Shown here in pieces: positions 13,251 to 27,276 of a stretch of 64,000 bases of DNA (within the stretch, counting starts at the first letter, position 1; each line of letters begins with the position of its first letter). Origin of the DNA: Eledone cirrhosa (lineage: Eukaryota); the NCBI GenBank assembly GCA_964016885.1, contig OZ024741.1:61628001-61692000 (forward strand), read 5' to 3'. Both the position numbers and the translations under genes were made by a program. The notes beneath the pieces are model-generated. The model made no database searches. It was given only the letters and a program-made list of their open reading frames with translations, and had not been told where the DNA came from.

Positions 13251-15942
13251 TATATATATATATCATCATCATCATTGTTTAATGGCTATCTTCCATGCTA
13301 GCATGGGTTAGAAGGGAATAGTCCCCAGTTGAGGCAAGATTGATCGGGTGACCGTGTCTCGCTCACAACAGGCTTCTGTAGTTTCCATCCATAAAATTCC
13401 ATTCACAAGGTATTGGTCAACCCAAGGCTATTGTAGAAGACACTCACCAAGGGTGCCATGAAGTGGGGCTGAACCACATAGTTGTGAAGCAATCTCCTTA
13501 ACTACACAGTTTTGCCAGTGCATATATGATGTTGAAATTATTGAATTAATTCTAAAGTCTCATCAAAAATGTATATTTCTGGTTTATTAAACACAAACAT
13601 GTTTGACAGGAAATGTTCAAAAAATTAAAATAGATGACAACTTGACACTCAAATATTTTAATTAAATTTATAATTTACATGAATTCAAAATAATCTTTTG
13701 TTTTTGTTTATATTTTTTTGCTTTACATCCATCAACAATCAACTAACTGTGAAACATATAAAAGCAATGTCTTATGTTTTCCTGTGTAGAAAAAACATAA
13801 CAGAATGTTTCCACATTTGTTTACTTTATCAAAAAGCAAAGATCTGGTCATCTGATTCAACCAAGAAAATTATGTTTCTTTGATCATTACATAACTGATA
13901 CTATCTTTTCATTAGTGATACAACTCCTGGAAGAAGCATAGCCACTTTTCCTGTGACAAGAAGTGGGATTTGAACTCAAAACACACTGAGTCAGATCAGA
14001 TACTGAAAAGCATTCTATGCATTAACAATTTCACCAATCCACCACCTCTAGACTGGTACTTTATTTATCAACCTTGAATGAATGAAAGGGATAGTTAGTT
14101 GCCCTCAGAAGGATTTGAATGCAGAAAGCCAGAACAAATACTGAGGTACTTAATCCAACATCCTCATGACTCTGATAATTCACTGCCATTCAATTTTATT
14201 TTCCGCCAGCGTACCTTACAATTGAACCTTTTTGTTACCATATTACTAATGAAAGACACTGCCTATAATTTGCAAATCATTTTAGAAATAATAAAATATT
14301 TTAGGGATTTAGTAATCTAACCTACTTTCCTATTATTAAGTTGGTGTTTGAAACAAAGTTTCTTCTGTATAATTTATGATTGAAGGGTTTTAAATAAATA
14401 TAAACACATTAAAATAAATTTTTTATCTTAGAACCATAGGTAGTTTCAGGCGATTTGGTTAGAAAGGGGATAAGGACTGTAGTTTTGTTTGTAGTATGTA
14501 GTTGTGCCTATAATTTCTGAAGGGTGCTTTGAGACCAGGGAAATTGATGTAGTTGATATTCCCCTTGGATGGATGAAGAAGTGGTTAAGAAATAATTTGT
14601 TCAACCTGATGTTATAGTAGAATGCATTTTCCCCCAAGGTGCAGTGCAGCAGAGCTAAATTCAGAATCATGTAGTTGTGAAGTAAGCTCCTTAACTGCAG
14701 TCATGCCTCCATCAATTAGAGTAATTATATTGAAGACAATGATGAAAAAGATGGTGTTATATTTGGCTCATTAGAATCAATGATTTAATTTCCACAAAAA
14801 GATGCATTAGATATTTGCTGATGTTGGTGTTGTTTCTGTTTGAAAGTTCATGAGATGATAAAAGAGCTTTTTCATTGCAGCAAACATTCATTTATTATTT
14901 AGATTTTTATTGTCACTATTAATTAAAAATCTTAAGATAAGAAGAAAGTGATTAATCCACAATACTAATAGACATGGCTGTGTGGTTAAGGAGTTTGCTT
15001 TGCAATCACATCATTCTGTGTTTAATCCTGCTGTTTGACACCTTGAGCAAGTGCCTTCTAATATAACCTATGATTGACCAATGCCTTGTGAATGGAATTT
15101 GGTAGAAGGAAATGACAGAAATCCATCATACACACACACACACACGCGTGTGTGTGTGCGCACGCCCATGCGTGTGTGTGCATTCATGTCTCTATTTATG
15201 TTTGCGTCTATGTTCATCTTAAAACATTTGATAATCTGAAATTTCAGGTGAAAATACTCTTTTTCAAGGAGTGGAAAGACCAAAACACTTCTATATTCTA
15301 TATTCATTGAAATTTCAAGATTGCCTGATATGACAAGACATGTTAGGGATGGTACAGCTTTTCAGGCGATCTTTAAGGAAGTTGATCTGACCATCAACTT
15401 TTGCATGTTTCTCCAAATAGTGATAGTTCTCTCTCTCTCTCTCTCTCTCAGTAGTTCAATGAAAAGAGAGTAATCATATAAGAACCAGACTAGAAAGACA
15501 TAAGTACTGGGGTCAATATGATCAACTAAATCAAGGCAGTGAACCAGCATGGCAACAGTGTAAAAGATTATAGAAAAGATTTGCCAATTACTAAATATCT
15601 TCAATTATTACTTAGTTTCTTCGAATTCTTGAAAATGTTCAAAATCATTTGAAAATCTTAGGCAGTATCTTTCATTATAAATATGGTAACAAGAGGGTCA
15701 AAAGGTTCGAGTAGCAATAAGAACAACAAGAATAAAAACAACATATTGTTAATATGAAGTAGTCAATATTTTAAAGGAGTTATATATATATTTTAATTGT
15801 TGAATTAAAGTGTAAGAAATGTGACAACACAAGAGATTATGTTTTTGTAACTGAGCTTATGACATTCAGCTTCTTGCTGTCATAGAATAATAAATCTGTT
15901 TGTAAATACTGCTACCATTCTTTATATATATGAGTGTGTGCT

Positions 15943-15971
<29 letters not shown>

Positions 15972-15977
<6 letters not shown>

Positions 15978-18790
15978 CGTTTCTGAATTTGTTTAGCAAA
16001 ATTCTTTATCTGAAAACGTGTGTTGAAATCGATATTGTTATGCTTTGGGAGGGTCATGTTGCCAATAAGAAACACACGCGCCAGTTGCTTTCACTGCAAT
16101 TTATTATAAATTAAATTTATACATTTAAGAATTTATAAATTTCCGGTTGGTTGGTTGGTTCCACAACCAGACAATTGTTCATATATTGTCAAAGTTCTTT
16201 CGCCACACATTCTGTGACCTCTTCAGTGACTGGGGATTCTTTTCTTTGTTTTTGTGCCTCTCCTTTGTTCTGTCCTATGCCATCTTGTTTTTGTGTGTGT
16301 TCTGTGCTTAGTTTGCGCATGTGTTAAATCCGGGTGTCTGTGTGTGTTTATATTTGTTTATTTATTAGTTTATTTACATGTTACTGGTTGGTTGTTTGTT
16401 CTATGTGTGTGTGTTTTCATTTTGTCCTTAATTGTAAGTTGTGATGTTGCTATTCCATTCATGTTTTCTATTTAATTTTGGTTGGAGTTCATTTATGTTT
16501 ATTGCCTCTGTGATTTGTCTAAACATTGTGTCTTTTCTGTGTGTAGATTCTATTTTTATTTCTATGGTCTCTATATTCTATTTTAGCATGTTGGTGGAGT
16601 ACAGATGATTCTTTACTATCTTGAAGCTCTCGCCAGTGTTCATTTATCCGTTCTCCTATACTACGAGCTGTCTCACCTATGTACACTATATTCTTATCTC
16701 TACATTGTCCTTCAGTACATCTTATGCTATATACTACATTTTTAGTTTTATAGTTAATATGGGGCTTAGTTTACAGATTATATATTTCTTATCTATACAG
16801 GGAGGTCTTTGAAAAGGGTATGTATTGCTAATAAGTGTTTTTATGGAGGTACCTGGTCTTTCTACTATCTTAATATTGAGTTTATGTTTATCTAGGGCCC
16901 TTCTAAATTTGTAAGCTAATTCACCTCTAGATGTTGTATTGATGAACATTACACTCTGGTATTTATTGCTATCATACCATGAGTTTATTCTATTAACCTT
17001 ATTCCTAGTTCTTTCTATTCTATTCCAAAATTTGCTCCTATACAAGGGGCAGGTCCCATTTGTATCATTATTTACCATTTTTTCCCATTTGGTTCTTCCT
17101 CCTCTATATACTCTGATTTTATCTCTCTGCTTGTAACCAGAGAACTGCATACAGTGAATGAAGTGTTGTATGTGTCTCTCTAGTTCTTTGGGGTCGCACA
17201 TGTGGGACACGTTTCTCATCACCCGTACCAAATCCGCAATCAGTATGTTGATTTTGGTGTGGATTCGAAACAGCTGAGTTTCGGTGGATCAGATATTTGG
17301 AAGTCATGGGTTTGGCATAATGGGAATGGAGGATTTGTTTTTTGTTATTAATGATTTCTAACCAGAGCTCTGTGTCTAGTACAGGTAATCGATGGTTGGG
17401 GGGTTTGCTTGGGTAGTCTATGGTAACTCTAATACTCTGGTGGATGGAGTTAGCTATTTGCTGGATGCTTTCCATGGTCTTTTTCTCTAATTCCTGACTG
17501 TTCTCTAGTGGGGGTGTTTTTACTACGATGTTTATATCATCAATGTAGCAGGAGTACATTATCAGGGTTAAGAGGTTGCTGTCTTCTAATTGTTCTTTAA
17601 GTCTATTGTCCCACTATACCATGAATAGGTTAGCTATGTCACCTGCAATGTTAACACCAATGGCTGCTCCCTCCTCTTGGGCATATGTTTTTCCATTAAA
17701 TTTGAACATATGTTCCTTAAGGATTAATTTTATACTGGCCCCCACCGAATGTGCAATCATTTTCTTTAGTTCATCGTGGTTTTCGGGGGTCCGTATGGCT
17801 CTGGTCCACCCGTTCCATCTATCTGTGTAGGTTTACTTAGCCATTGAGGTAATGGTAGGTGGTCTGCCTCTTGCTGGTCTTGTAGGGCACAGGTTGCTAA
17901 GGTCATATGTATCTAGATAATCATTACTATAGGTAAGTTTAAGTAGGAGTCCCAGCTCACTGGTATCAATCCCAATTCAACATTGCTCTCACTGATCATT
18001 TCTACGCATTTCTCCACAGCAAAATCCACGTCAATGGATGGATATAGGGACACAACATCCATACTTCCTATTATACAGTTTGTTAGGTCCCTAGATCGGT
18101 TACTTTCGCTGATTCTGCTGAGGAGGTCCTCCATGATGTCACATATATCTGGGGACATTTCAATGATGGGGTGTATGATCAGGGAGAGGAAGTAGGAAAG
18201 TCTGTAGTTACTAGCAATGTTAGCTCCACAGACTGGCCGTGTTGTTGGTCCTGTGACAGGGTCACTGCTCATTTTACGGTCTTTTCGAAGCCAATACATT
18301 GCTGGCACGTCATTGTTCCAGGCCTGGAAGTTTTTGGGCACCTGTTTATTGGGTTGCATTATGTTTGTCCACATCATCACATGGGCATTGAAGGTTTTCT
18401 CCCTATCCTCATGCTCTTGTGGTGTTACTTCTCTTGTGTTAGTGATGTGGGGTTGCATTGCCTGGATGTAGTTTGACAGACTGTCAACCGACATTCTGCC
18501 AGACTTGTCTGTTGGAAAGCATGCAATCTCTCCATTACGAGAGCGCTGCATGAGCTTACGCAAGCCATTTGCAGATTTTTCTCCCAGTTGCTGGACCTCC
18601 ATTCTATTTTGCTTCTTTCTATACTGTTCTATAATATTTCTAAGTTTAGATCTAGCTATACTAAATTGTGCTTCTGTTTGTTCATCGACCTGCGACGGGT
18701 CTTTTGTTCCTTTATTGTTTTATATTTTTATATTTATCTCTTTTGTTATCTCTGTATTTTTGTACTTTCTTATTATTTTTTTATTGTTTC
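15972..18790 (-). mobile_element. Penelope-like element (RT plus C-terminal GIY-YIG endonuclease), 5'-truncated and frameshifted
   Basis: PTDKSG, GSMDVVSLYPSID, GAAIGVNIAGDIANLFMV, YIDD, LPVLDTELW and HYAKPM RT motifs. NVVYSIRC..VYIGETARSIGERINEH GIY-YIG motif at about 16640-16745. The 3' end abuts (TA)n. Confidence 0.95.
16188..16230 (-). ncRNA. Minimal hammerhead-ribozyme-like motif in the PLE 3' terminal region
   Basis: gtca-CTGAAGA-g-gtcaca..tgtggc-GAAA-gaac-TT-tgac on the coding strand. Hammerheads in pLTRs are an established PLE feature. Confidence 0.65.
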
Positions 18791-19178
18791 TACCACTCTA
18801 TCTATTTTATTCGGAAGAAGGATCAGGATGGAGAGAGAGGTGCTGCACCCCAGCAGTTTTTATGAAAGATGGGTGAAAGTGGCGAGAATGGCCCGTGTGA
18901 ATGGGCCTTCACTCTACATCAGACTGTAGGTGAGAAAGATGAAAGATCAAGGGAGCACACTCTCTCTGTGCTCCTGAGGAGAAGGGTTGCAGACTTTTTC
19001 GGGGGTGTGTGCAACTCCCCAAGGCGCCTCCTCCCCATTGAGGATTTTGTTATTCAATTTATTTTTGTTATATTTTATATTTTGTTATTGCCTCCTCCTT
19101 ATTGAGGACGCCTTTTTATGTAAACTCCCCCCCATTGTACTTGTGCCACTCTTTGACGCCCTGGTGGCAAATAAAAAC
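18790..19178 (+). mobile_element. Tx1/L1-like LINE 3' end, copy 1
   Basis: RRIRMEREVLHPSSFYERWVKVARMARVN..stop, then UTR and AATAAA. Near-identical to 21228-21632. Confidence 0.7.
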
Positions 19179-19532
19179 TTAACACCAATGTTGTCGCTGG
19201 AAACTTTGTCTGCATGACTCTGGGCATGTCTTTGGATGAGACAGCGAGCCACCTGTTGTTCTGGGAGTTGATCTTCTGGTCTTGGCAGAAGTTTTTCTTG
19301 TCAGAGAAAAACCACAGCATGTCTGGCTCCAGTGGGTGTTTCAACTTGTTGATCAGCTTCTTTGCATGCTTCAGTCGCTTTTCTTGCATCGCCCATGACA
19401 GAAATAGCGAATATCTTCATGTACCACCAGCCTAATGAGATTTCATCCACGCCTTACATCCAATGGAAGTAAAAAGAATTTGCATAAAATTAACAGTTGA
19501 AAATTGCAAACAAATATCGTCCACACCTTGTA
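19179..19532 (-). mobile_element. Tc1/mariner-superfamily (maT/DD37D-like) transposon fragment
   Basis: KRLKHAKKLINKLKH..WFFSDKKNF.QDQKINSQNNRWLA..TKFPAT. Terminus reads TA|CAAGGTGTGGACG on the minus strand at about 19532. Confidence 0.8.
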
Positions 19533-19662
19533 TGTGTATATAAACACAAACTATTCTTGATAGAATATACCTCATTTGTTACAATCTAATTTAACAATGG
19601 CTTATTTCAACTCATGCCCACATAAGTATCAATATTAGGTACACATATAAGTATAAGTATAA

Positions 19663-19715
<53 letters not shown>

Positions 19716-19964
19716 TATATACAGATAGACACATAGTACATACATACACATATCAACACATGCAATACATATACAAAATAGATACACACACATACACATA
19801 TATATATTTTAAATGTATTCATCCCAATATAAGTGACTATAATACTAATTGATCGCTATCAATAATAGTTGAGAAAATTTGGTAAACTACCCCTGGGGAT
19901 GGAAAATGTAGTGCCTCAAATACACTTAACATTTTCACAATGATTCTTAAGTCAACCAGATGTC

Positions 19965-20931
19965 TGCATGCATGTATACATATATATGTACATACATACA
20001 TACAAACATACATATATAAAAATTTGAAAGAAAAAAATACATATGTATATACTTATAAACGTATATACATACATACATACATATAAACATACATGTACAC
20101 ATACATACATATACACATACATATAAACATATATATACATACATATAAACATATATACATATAAACATATATATATACATACATATAAACATATATACAT
20201 ACATATAAAACATATATACATACATATAGACATATATACATAAATACATGCATACATACATACCTATATATACATAAATACATACACACATATTCAGATG
20301 TAAAATGGATACAAACATATACTCACAGACATATAAGTGCAAACATGTAAAACGTAAATTGGAATAGTATTAAAAGGATTAAAATTCTTGAAGCTAGGAT
20401 TGAGAAATGACAAGTTCCCTGTGTACCAAAGAATATCTATGCTGCCAATGAACAATTGGTAAACAGTAAATAATGAGTGATGAGGACTGAAACTCATGGA
20501 ATGAATTTTCTCTATAATTGAACTGTCAGAGAAATAAAGCCATAATACTCACACACACATATACTGTATATATAAATATATATATATATATATTTATATA
20601 TACACACACACACATACATACATACACACATATATATATGTATATACACACACATACATATACATGTATGTATATATATATATGTGTGTGTATATATATG
20701 TATATATATATACATATACTTATATGCATATACATATATATATATATTTATATATATAGTTATATGCATATACATATATATATATATATATATACATACA
20801 TATATATATAGTTATATGCATATACATATATATATATACATATATATATATATACATATAGTTATATGCATATACATATATATATATATATATACATATA
20901 TATGTATATACATATAGTTATATGCATATAC

Positions 20932-20962
<31 letters not shown>

Positions 20963-20977
20963 CATATAGTTATTAGC

Positions 20978-21021
<44 letters not shown>

Positions 21022-21025
21022 TCAT
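19965..21025. repeat. Compound (TA)/(TACA)/(CA) low-complexity arrays
   Basis: Two blocks (19965-20295 and 20550-21025). The second carries a repeated gttatatgcatatacata unit. Confidence 0.9.
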
Positions 21026-21227
21026 ATATAGGTACACACACCTATACATACAAACAGTTCATAGAATTTCTATGGTAATTCTCATCTTTGGAGGTTTTCA
21101 TTTTGATTTTTCATTTGTTTTCCTTTTATTTTTATTTGACTTTTGTATTTTGTTTTTGTTTCTTTCTGCTTACCTTTTATTTTCTGTATCTGTTTGTCCA
21201 TAGCCTTTTCTCTCCCTACATATCTAT

Positions 21228-21632
21228 CTACCACTCTATCTATTTTATTCGGAAGAAGGATCAGGATGGAGAGAGAGGTGCTGCACCCCAGCAGTTTTTA
21301 TGAAAGATGGGTGAAAGTGGCGAGAATGGCCCGTGTGAATGGGCCTTCGCTCTACATCAGACTGTAGGTGAGAAAGATGAAAGATCAAGGGAGCACACTC
21401 TCTCTGTGCTCCTGAGGAGAAGGGTTGCAGACTTTTTCGAGGGTGTGTGCGACTCCCCAAGGCGCCTCCTCCCCATTGAGGATTTTGTTATTCAATTTAT
21501 TTTTGTTATATTTTATATTTTTATATTTTGTTATTGCCTCCTCCTTATTGAGGACGCCTTTTTATGTAACCGCCCCCCCCCCCCCATTGTACTTGTGCCA
21601 CTCTTTGACGCCCTGGTGGCAAATAAAAAGAA
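21228..21632 (+). mobile_element. Tx1/L1-like LINE 3' end, copy 2
   Basis: Same sequence as 18790-19178 with an A-rich tail. tatctatttt(t)at on both sides is a possible TSD. Confidence 0.7.
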
Positions 21633-22919
21633 AGTTATCTATTTTTATCTGACTATCTATCATTTTCACTGTATATATTTATCTCTCGCTTACTTTTCTA
21701 TTTATCTGTCTATTGCTCTCTTTATCTATCTTCCAATCACTCTCTCCCCCTCACTCAATTATTCTTTGCTTTCTATTTTTCTTCAATTCTTCACTCTATT
21801 CTTTAATATCTCTCTCTCTCTCCAACTTTATCTTCAATTCTTTTCCTCTTTCTCCCTTCACTTATAACCCTTGCCACTACAACTACCACCCTTATTTATT
21901 TTTCTCCAAGTCACCATAAAAAAGAAAACTATCTCACCACACCACTCTTACCACCTCTATACTCACACCACATTTGACTTAACTATCCTCAGTCAATAAA
22001 TCAAAAGAAGAAGAAAAAGATTGCCAGGAGAAACACAAGCCACCTTTGTTGGCAGATCCAAAGAATCCAAAGAAATTGAGAAATGACCTAGCTTATTGGC
22101 TTAATTATATAACTGTGAGCTGCAGAAGGAATCAACCGGTTGACAGCTCTTCCTATTCTATGGATTTTATAAAGAGAAACACCATACAAATCAGAGATAA
22201 AATAACAACAACAACACATATTTGAAGTTCAATTTCCCAGCTAAAGCAGGGGTGAATTTTGCAGGTCTCATGACAAGTTACTTTACTTTGCTCTGTTGGT
22301 TGCATCCTCACTTATCAACATCCTGGCTTTCATTTTATCCTCTATCATTCCTAGCCATATTCTTTTTGGTCTTCCCCTTCCTTAGCTTCCTTCCATATTT
22401 CCACATTCATTTCCATCATTTATCTCACCCAGCTACTTTATTCTTTCTTTAAAACATGACTCAGCCTTACTAGAGGAGCTTCTGGCATTACCTGGGAAAT
22501 AATTCACTTACTTGATGGTCATAATGTTGAATGAGAATCATGATAAGTCTACTAGACTGTCACAGTTGAAAAAGACAGCGAATAGTCGCAAGTAAAGTAT
22601 CATTAAAAAAGAGTGTAAATAGTCATGGCTGGAGTGGCATTAAAAGAGGATTAATGGATAGAGTTGAGGAGCAAGATATGGAAAGACAAAAATGAAAGAG
22701 AGAGAGGAAGAGGAGCTGGACATACATTTTTACATAAATATATGTGTTCATGTTTGTATGTATGAGAGGGAAACTGAGATTGTTTTTATGTAAGTACTAA
22801 GAGAATTAATGCCTTCCAAGTTTTCTGCTTGTGTGTATGTTTGTATACATTATTGACATAAAAATGATATGAACTTGCACCAATGTATTTTGTTTTACAG
22901 TTTATTCAATTTAATATAA

Positions 22920-25752
22920 CGATGTTAGGAAGGGCATCCAACCAGTGTATTAATGCCAAAACAATTAAGAGCACAGCAACAAATATATATCACAATAACT
23001 GTGTAAACAGCAATAACACTAACCATGTTAGGGCTGCGCACAATAGTGGGGTGATTGGTGCACCATGTGCGAGAACCCCACGACCGTCTTCAAGCAATCG
23101 CACTACAGAAAAACAAACAAAAATATGAAGACGTCGCATCTCAGAGTTGCAACACTTAATGTTGGCACTCTCACAGGTAGATCTGGTGAAATAGCGGAGA
23201 TGCTTGAGAGAAGGCATGTGGATGTGTGCTGCGTGCCAGAGGTGAGATGGAGAGGTGCCTCTGCGAGACTAATCGCAGGCAAACATCTTAGTTATAAGCT
23301 TTTCTGGGTAGGTAAGGATGATGGGTTAGGGAAGTAGGCATTTTCCTGGCTGAGAGATGGATCGATAAGCCAATAGAGGTAGTTCGAGTTAATAATAGAA
23401 TAATTAAGTTTAGATTAGTTGTAGGCAGGAGACTACTGACAATCATCTCTGCCTATGCTCCCCAAGCATGCCTAGGTAAAGAAGAGAAAGACTGCTTTTA
23501 CAAGCAACTTTTACAAACAGCCGCAATGACAGAGGACGGAGATATCGTTATGATAGCAAGGGACTTCAATGGTCATGTTGGACAGCTCCAGGCAAGTTAC
23601 ACTGGGGTACATGGTGGGCACAGTTATGGCTCAAGAAATAAAGAAGGAGTGATACTTCTTGAATTTTGTGATGCAAGTACACTAACCATTTGCAACACTA
23701 ACTTCCAGAAACCTGCCAACCACCTAATAACCTATAAATCAGGTGAGCACATAAGACAGATTGACTTCTTACTAATTAGGCAGCGGGACAGGCAGATGGT
23801 GTCAATACCAAGGCTTACCCTGGGGAAGAATATACCCCACAGCATAGGTTAGTCTTAGTGATATCTCAGTAAGCAAGAGACATAATGAGACATACAGGAA
23901 GGTGTGGAGAAGAAAGGTCTGGAAGCTAAAATACTTTTCACTAAAATACAAATTTCGGAAAACCCTTCAAGATGTGTATGACGAAAAAGAAGACGATTTA
24001 GTGTCGCATGACATAGATGATAACTGGAATTTCTTACGTGACAACTTACTGCAGGCTACTGATGAAACTTGTGGCTGGAGCAGAGCTCCAACCAGACAGA
24101 TAGTGACCTGGTGGTGGAACAGCACGGTAGCTAGGGCCATTAGAGACAAAAGACTAGCATGGAAGGCTTGGAAAAAGGGTGGGAGTAGGGAAGGATATAC
24201 AGCCGCTAAGAGAGAAGCTAGACATCAGGTGTATTTAGCACGCAAGGAGGCTGAGAGTAGGAGGTTTGCCAATGTTCTGCGACAGGAAGATCAGAGACGT
24301 GCAGTGTTCCACATTGCAAGGCAGTGTGTCAATGCAAATCAGGATGTTATTGGAGATAAATGTGTCCAGAATGATGCTGGTGTACTTAGTGTCATGAATG
24401 ATCAGAAAAAGGAGGCCTGGAAATGTCATTATGAGAGACTGATGAATGTGGAGAAGGAATGGGAGAGAGAGAAATTACCCTCAGTAGATCCGACAGAGGG
24501 ACCATCTATTGAGATTGACGAATATAGGGTCCAAGAGGCAATTAAGGAAATGAAAAATCCTAAGGCTGCTGGACCGTCGGGGATAGTTGCTGAGATGCTG
24601 AAGGTAACACGGGATGTAGGCACTAAACTGATTGCACGCATCATCAATCAGGCTATATATGGCGGTGTCATACCCAAAGACTGGTGCAGCAGTATTCTCA
24701 TAAATTGCTGGTGGTCCCTAAGGAAACTAGGTGTTCATTATAGTCCTCCAAGCCATAACAGAGAAGTTTAATGGGAACTTCTCTTTGCTGGCGATCTGGT
24801 TCTTATAGCAGAATCAGTAGAGGAGCGAGAGAATAAATTCTGGCTATGAAAACAGCAGTTGGAATCAAGAGGACTGAGAGTGAACCTAGCTAAGACAAAA
24901 GTGTTGATGAGTAGAAAGTCGGACAAAACTCTGATTCCGTCAGGGAAATGGCCATGTTCGATATGCAGAAAAGGAACTGGCATAAATTCTATAAAATGCA
25001 CACAATGCAGATCTTGGGTACACAAGAGATGTAGTGGGATAGCAGGCAAACTAACAGGTAGGGAGAAATACGTATGCAGTAGATGTACAGGGAAATTAGA
25101 CAGTAGAAATTGAATTGATAGACACATTTTTCAAATGCAGGTGGGTGCTATAGAAGTGATTGATAGCTTCCGGTACCTAGGAGATCAGATTAGTATGGGA
25201 GAGGTGTGTTCCGAGGCCATAGTATCTAGAATAAGGACGGGTTGGAAGAAGTTTAGGGAGCTGCTTCCTCTGCTGACGAAGAAGTGTTTCTCTTGCGTAT
25301 GAAAGGCCTGTTATATGATGCCTGTGTGAGGAGCGTGATGCTGTATGGTAGTGAGACATGGGCAGCAACTGCAGAAGATATGTGACGGCTAGAGAGAAAT
25401 GCAGCAACCTTGCTCCGTTGGATGTGCAATATCAATGTGCGTGAACGATCGAGCATGGATGTGTTGAGAGAGAAACTGTGTCTGAGAGGGATAAGTTGTA
25501 GTGTGCGAGAGAAGAGACTGCGATGGTATGGACATGTGATGCACATGGAGGATGACTGATGGGTGAAGAAGTGTCAGGAAATGCCAGTTGAAGAAAGACG
25601 TGGTAGAGGTAGACCACAAAAAACATGGGTGGAGGTGGTGAAAGCAGACCTCAGATCGCTGAAGCTCAGAGTGAAGATGACGAAGGACCATGACAAGAGA
25701 TGACGAAGGACCTTGCAAGCAGGGAAAAGAGGACGTAAAATGATGATGATGT
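22920..25752 (+). mobile_element. Near-full-span RTE LINE, inactivated by stops and internal deletions
   Basis: APE motifs LRVATLNVGTL, VCCVPEVRW, ISAYAPQ, DFNGHVG and QIDFLL; RT remnants TWWWN and WELLFA; Cys-rich WPCSICRKG..WVHKRC; (GAT)n tail. Confidence 0.95.
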
Positions 25753-27162
25753 TTATTCTCTACAAAACGATGACCCCACAAATTAATTAAGGAAAGATGG
25801 GATATAAATCAGTAATAAGCAAAGACATGATAGACACAGCCCAGCCCCTTTGATGAGATTCAGACCCGTATTGATTCCCAAATAAAACATTTTCTTTCAT
25901 TGTCTTGAAAATATTTTGTAATCTCTATTCTAAGAGCATTTAATGTAGCAAATCATTTATAATTAAAAGGCAAAATTTCTTTAATGATGGGAGAACGATA
26001 CAAACTTTTAACAAAATATTTTATTTTATTTACTTTAATACTTAAGTACAATACTTATACTTGTTACAACCTAAAAGCCATGCTGACATACACACAGAGA
26101 TTCACATTTACTATTATAGATACTAATTGTAGCCCGTGGGATGGAGAGGCGGTTCCTTAGGACATACAGAAACACACACTCACATGCACACAGTTTTTTG
26201 CATACGTGTTGACAAACTTGCACTTAAAATCCCTCACCCCGGTTATGTGGAGACAACTCTCTCTATCTATCTGTTTATCACACATACATTTCCTCTCTCT
26301 TACACACACACAATCATTGGATCTTTCAATAACAACAATAACCTATTGTTTTTTTCTTGAAACAAATTTTAATTCTATTTTTCACACACACAAACGGACT
26401 CTCTCTCTCTTTCTCACTGCATTGCTTTCTCAATAATAACAATCTGTCATTATAGTGAAAGTACTAAATAAAGTATCAGTAATACACTGGGATAATTGCT
26501 GGCCTTGTGCCAAAAGTAGAAGCAATTATAGTGAAAGTTTTTTTAAAAATCTGTGTTGTTGTTGTCTATATGTTGAAGGACACACAACTATTATCCTTTT
26601 CATTTGTTTGCATTACCATTATATTTTAATTAGTTGGGGAGAACAGAAGGTGGGGTGAGAAAGAGGTGAAGTAGTATTTCCCTCTCTATATATAGAGAGC
26701 ATGATGGACAGACAGACATGCCTCTTATTATAGTATAAGTTATGCAGACACAAGTTAACTAATAGCAATTGAGCATAATAACCACAAAACAAAAAAAATA
26801 TTCTTCAATATATAGAAATCTTCAAATCACTCTCTATTATCTTAAATAATAAAGAGCATATGAGCCTGTGAATATTTATGTGATTGCTTGACCTACTTGA
26901 AATAACAGCCAAATCTACTTCAATTTCATCCTATTATCTTAAAAAATGAAAGACACCTATGAGATGGTTTCTTTACATTGGTGCTTAAGTAACTAAAAAT
27001 AATAAGCAAATTTCCTTCAAATTCATCCTATTATCTCAAAACCTAAAGGTCACATATGAACTATTAAGGGTTTCTTTACATTGATGCTCAAGTTACCAGA
27101 AACAATAGATAAATCTCCCTCAAATCTCACCAATTTCTGAAATAAAGGACACATTCAATAAT

Positions 27163-27276
27163 TGTTTCTACTTTTGGCACAAGGCCAGCAATTAGTGGTA
27201 CTTTATCTTATCGACCCCGTAAGGATGAAAGGCAAAGTTAACCTTGGCGGGATTTGAACTCAGACTCTGCTGAGGT
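27163..27276 (-). mobile_element. 5'-truncated family A SINE with 20-bp target-site duplication
   Basis: taaaggacacattcaataat occurs at 27143-27162 and 27277-27296 around the SINE core. Confidence 0.85.
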
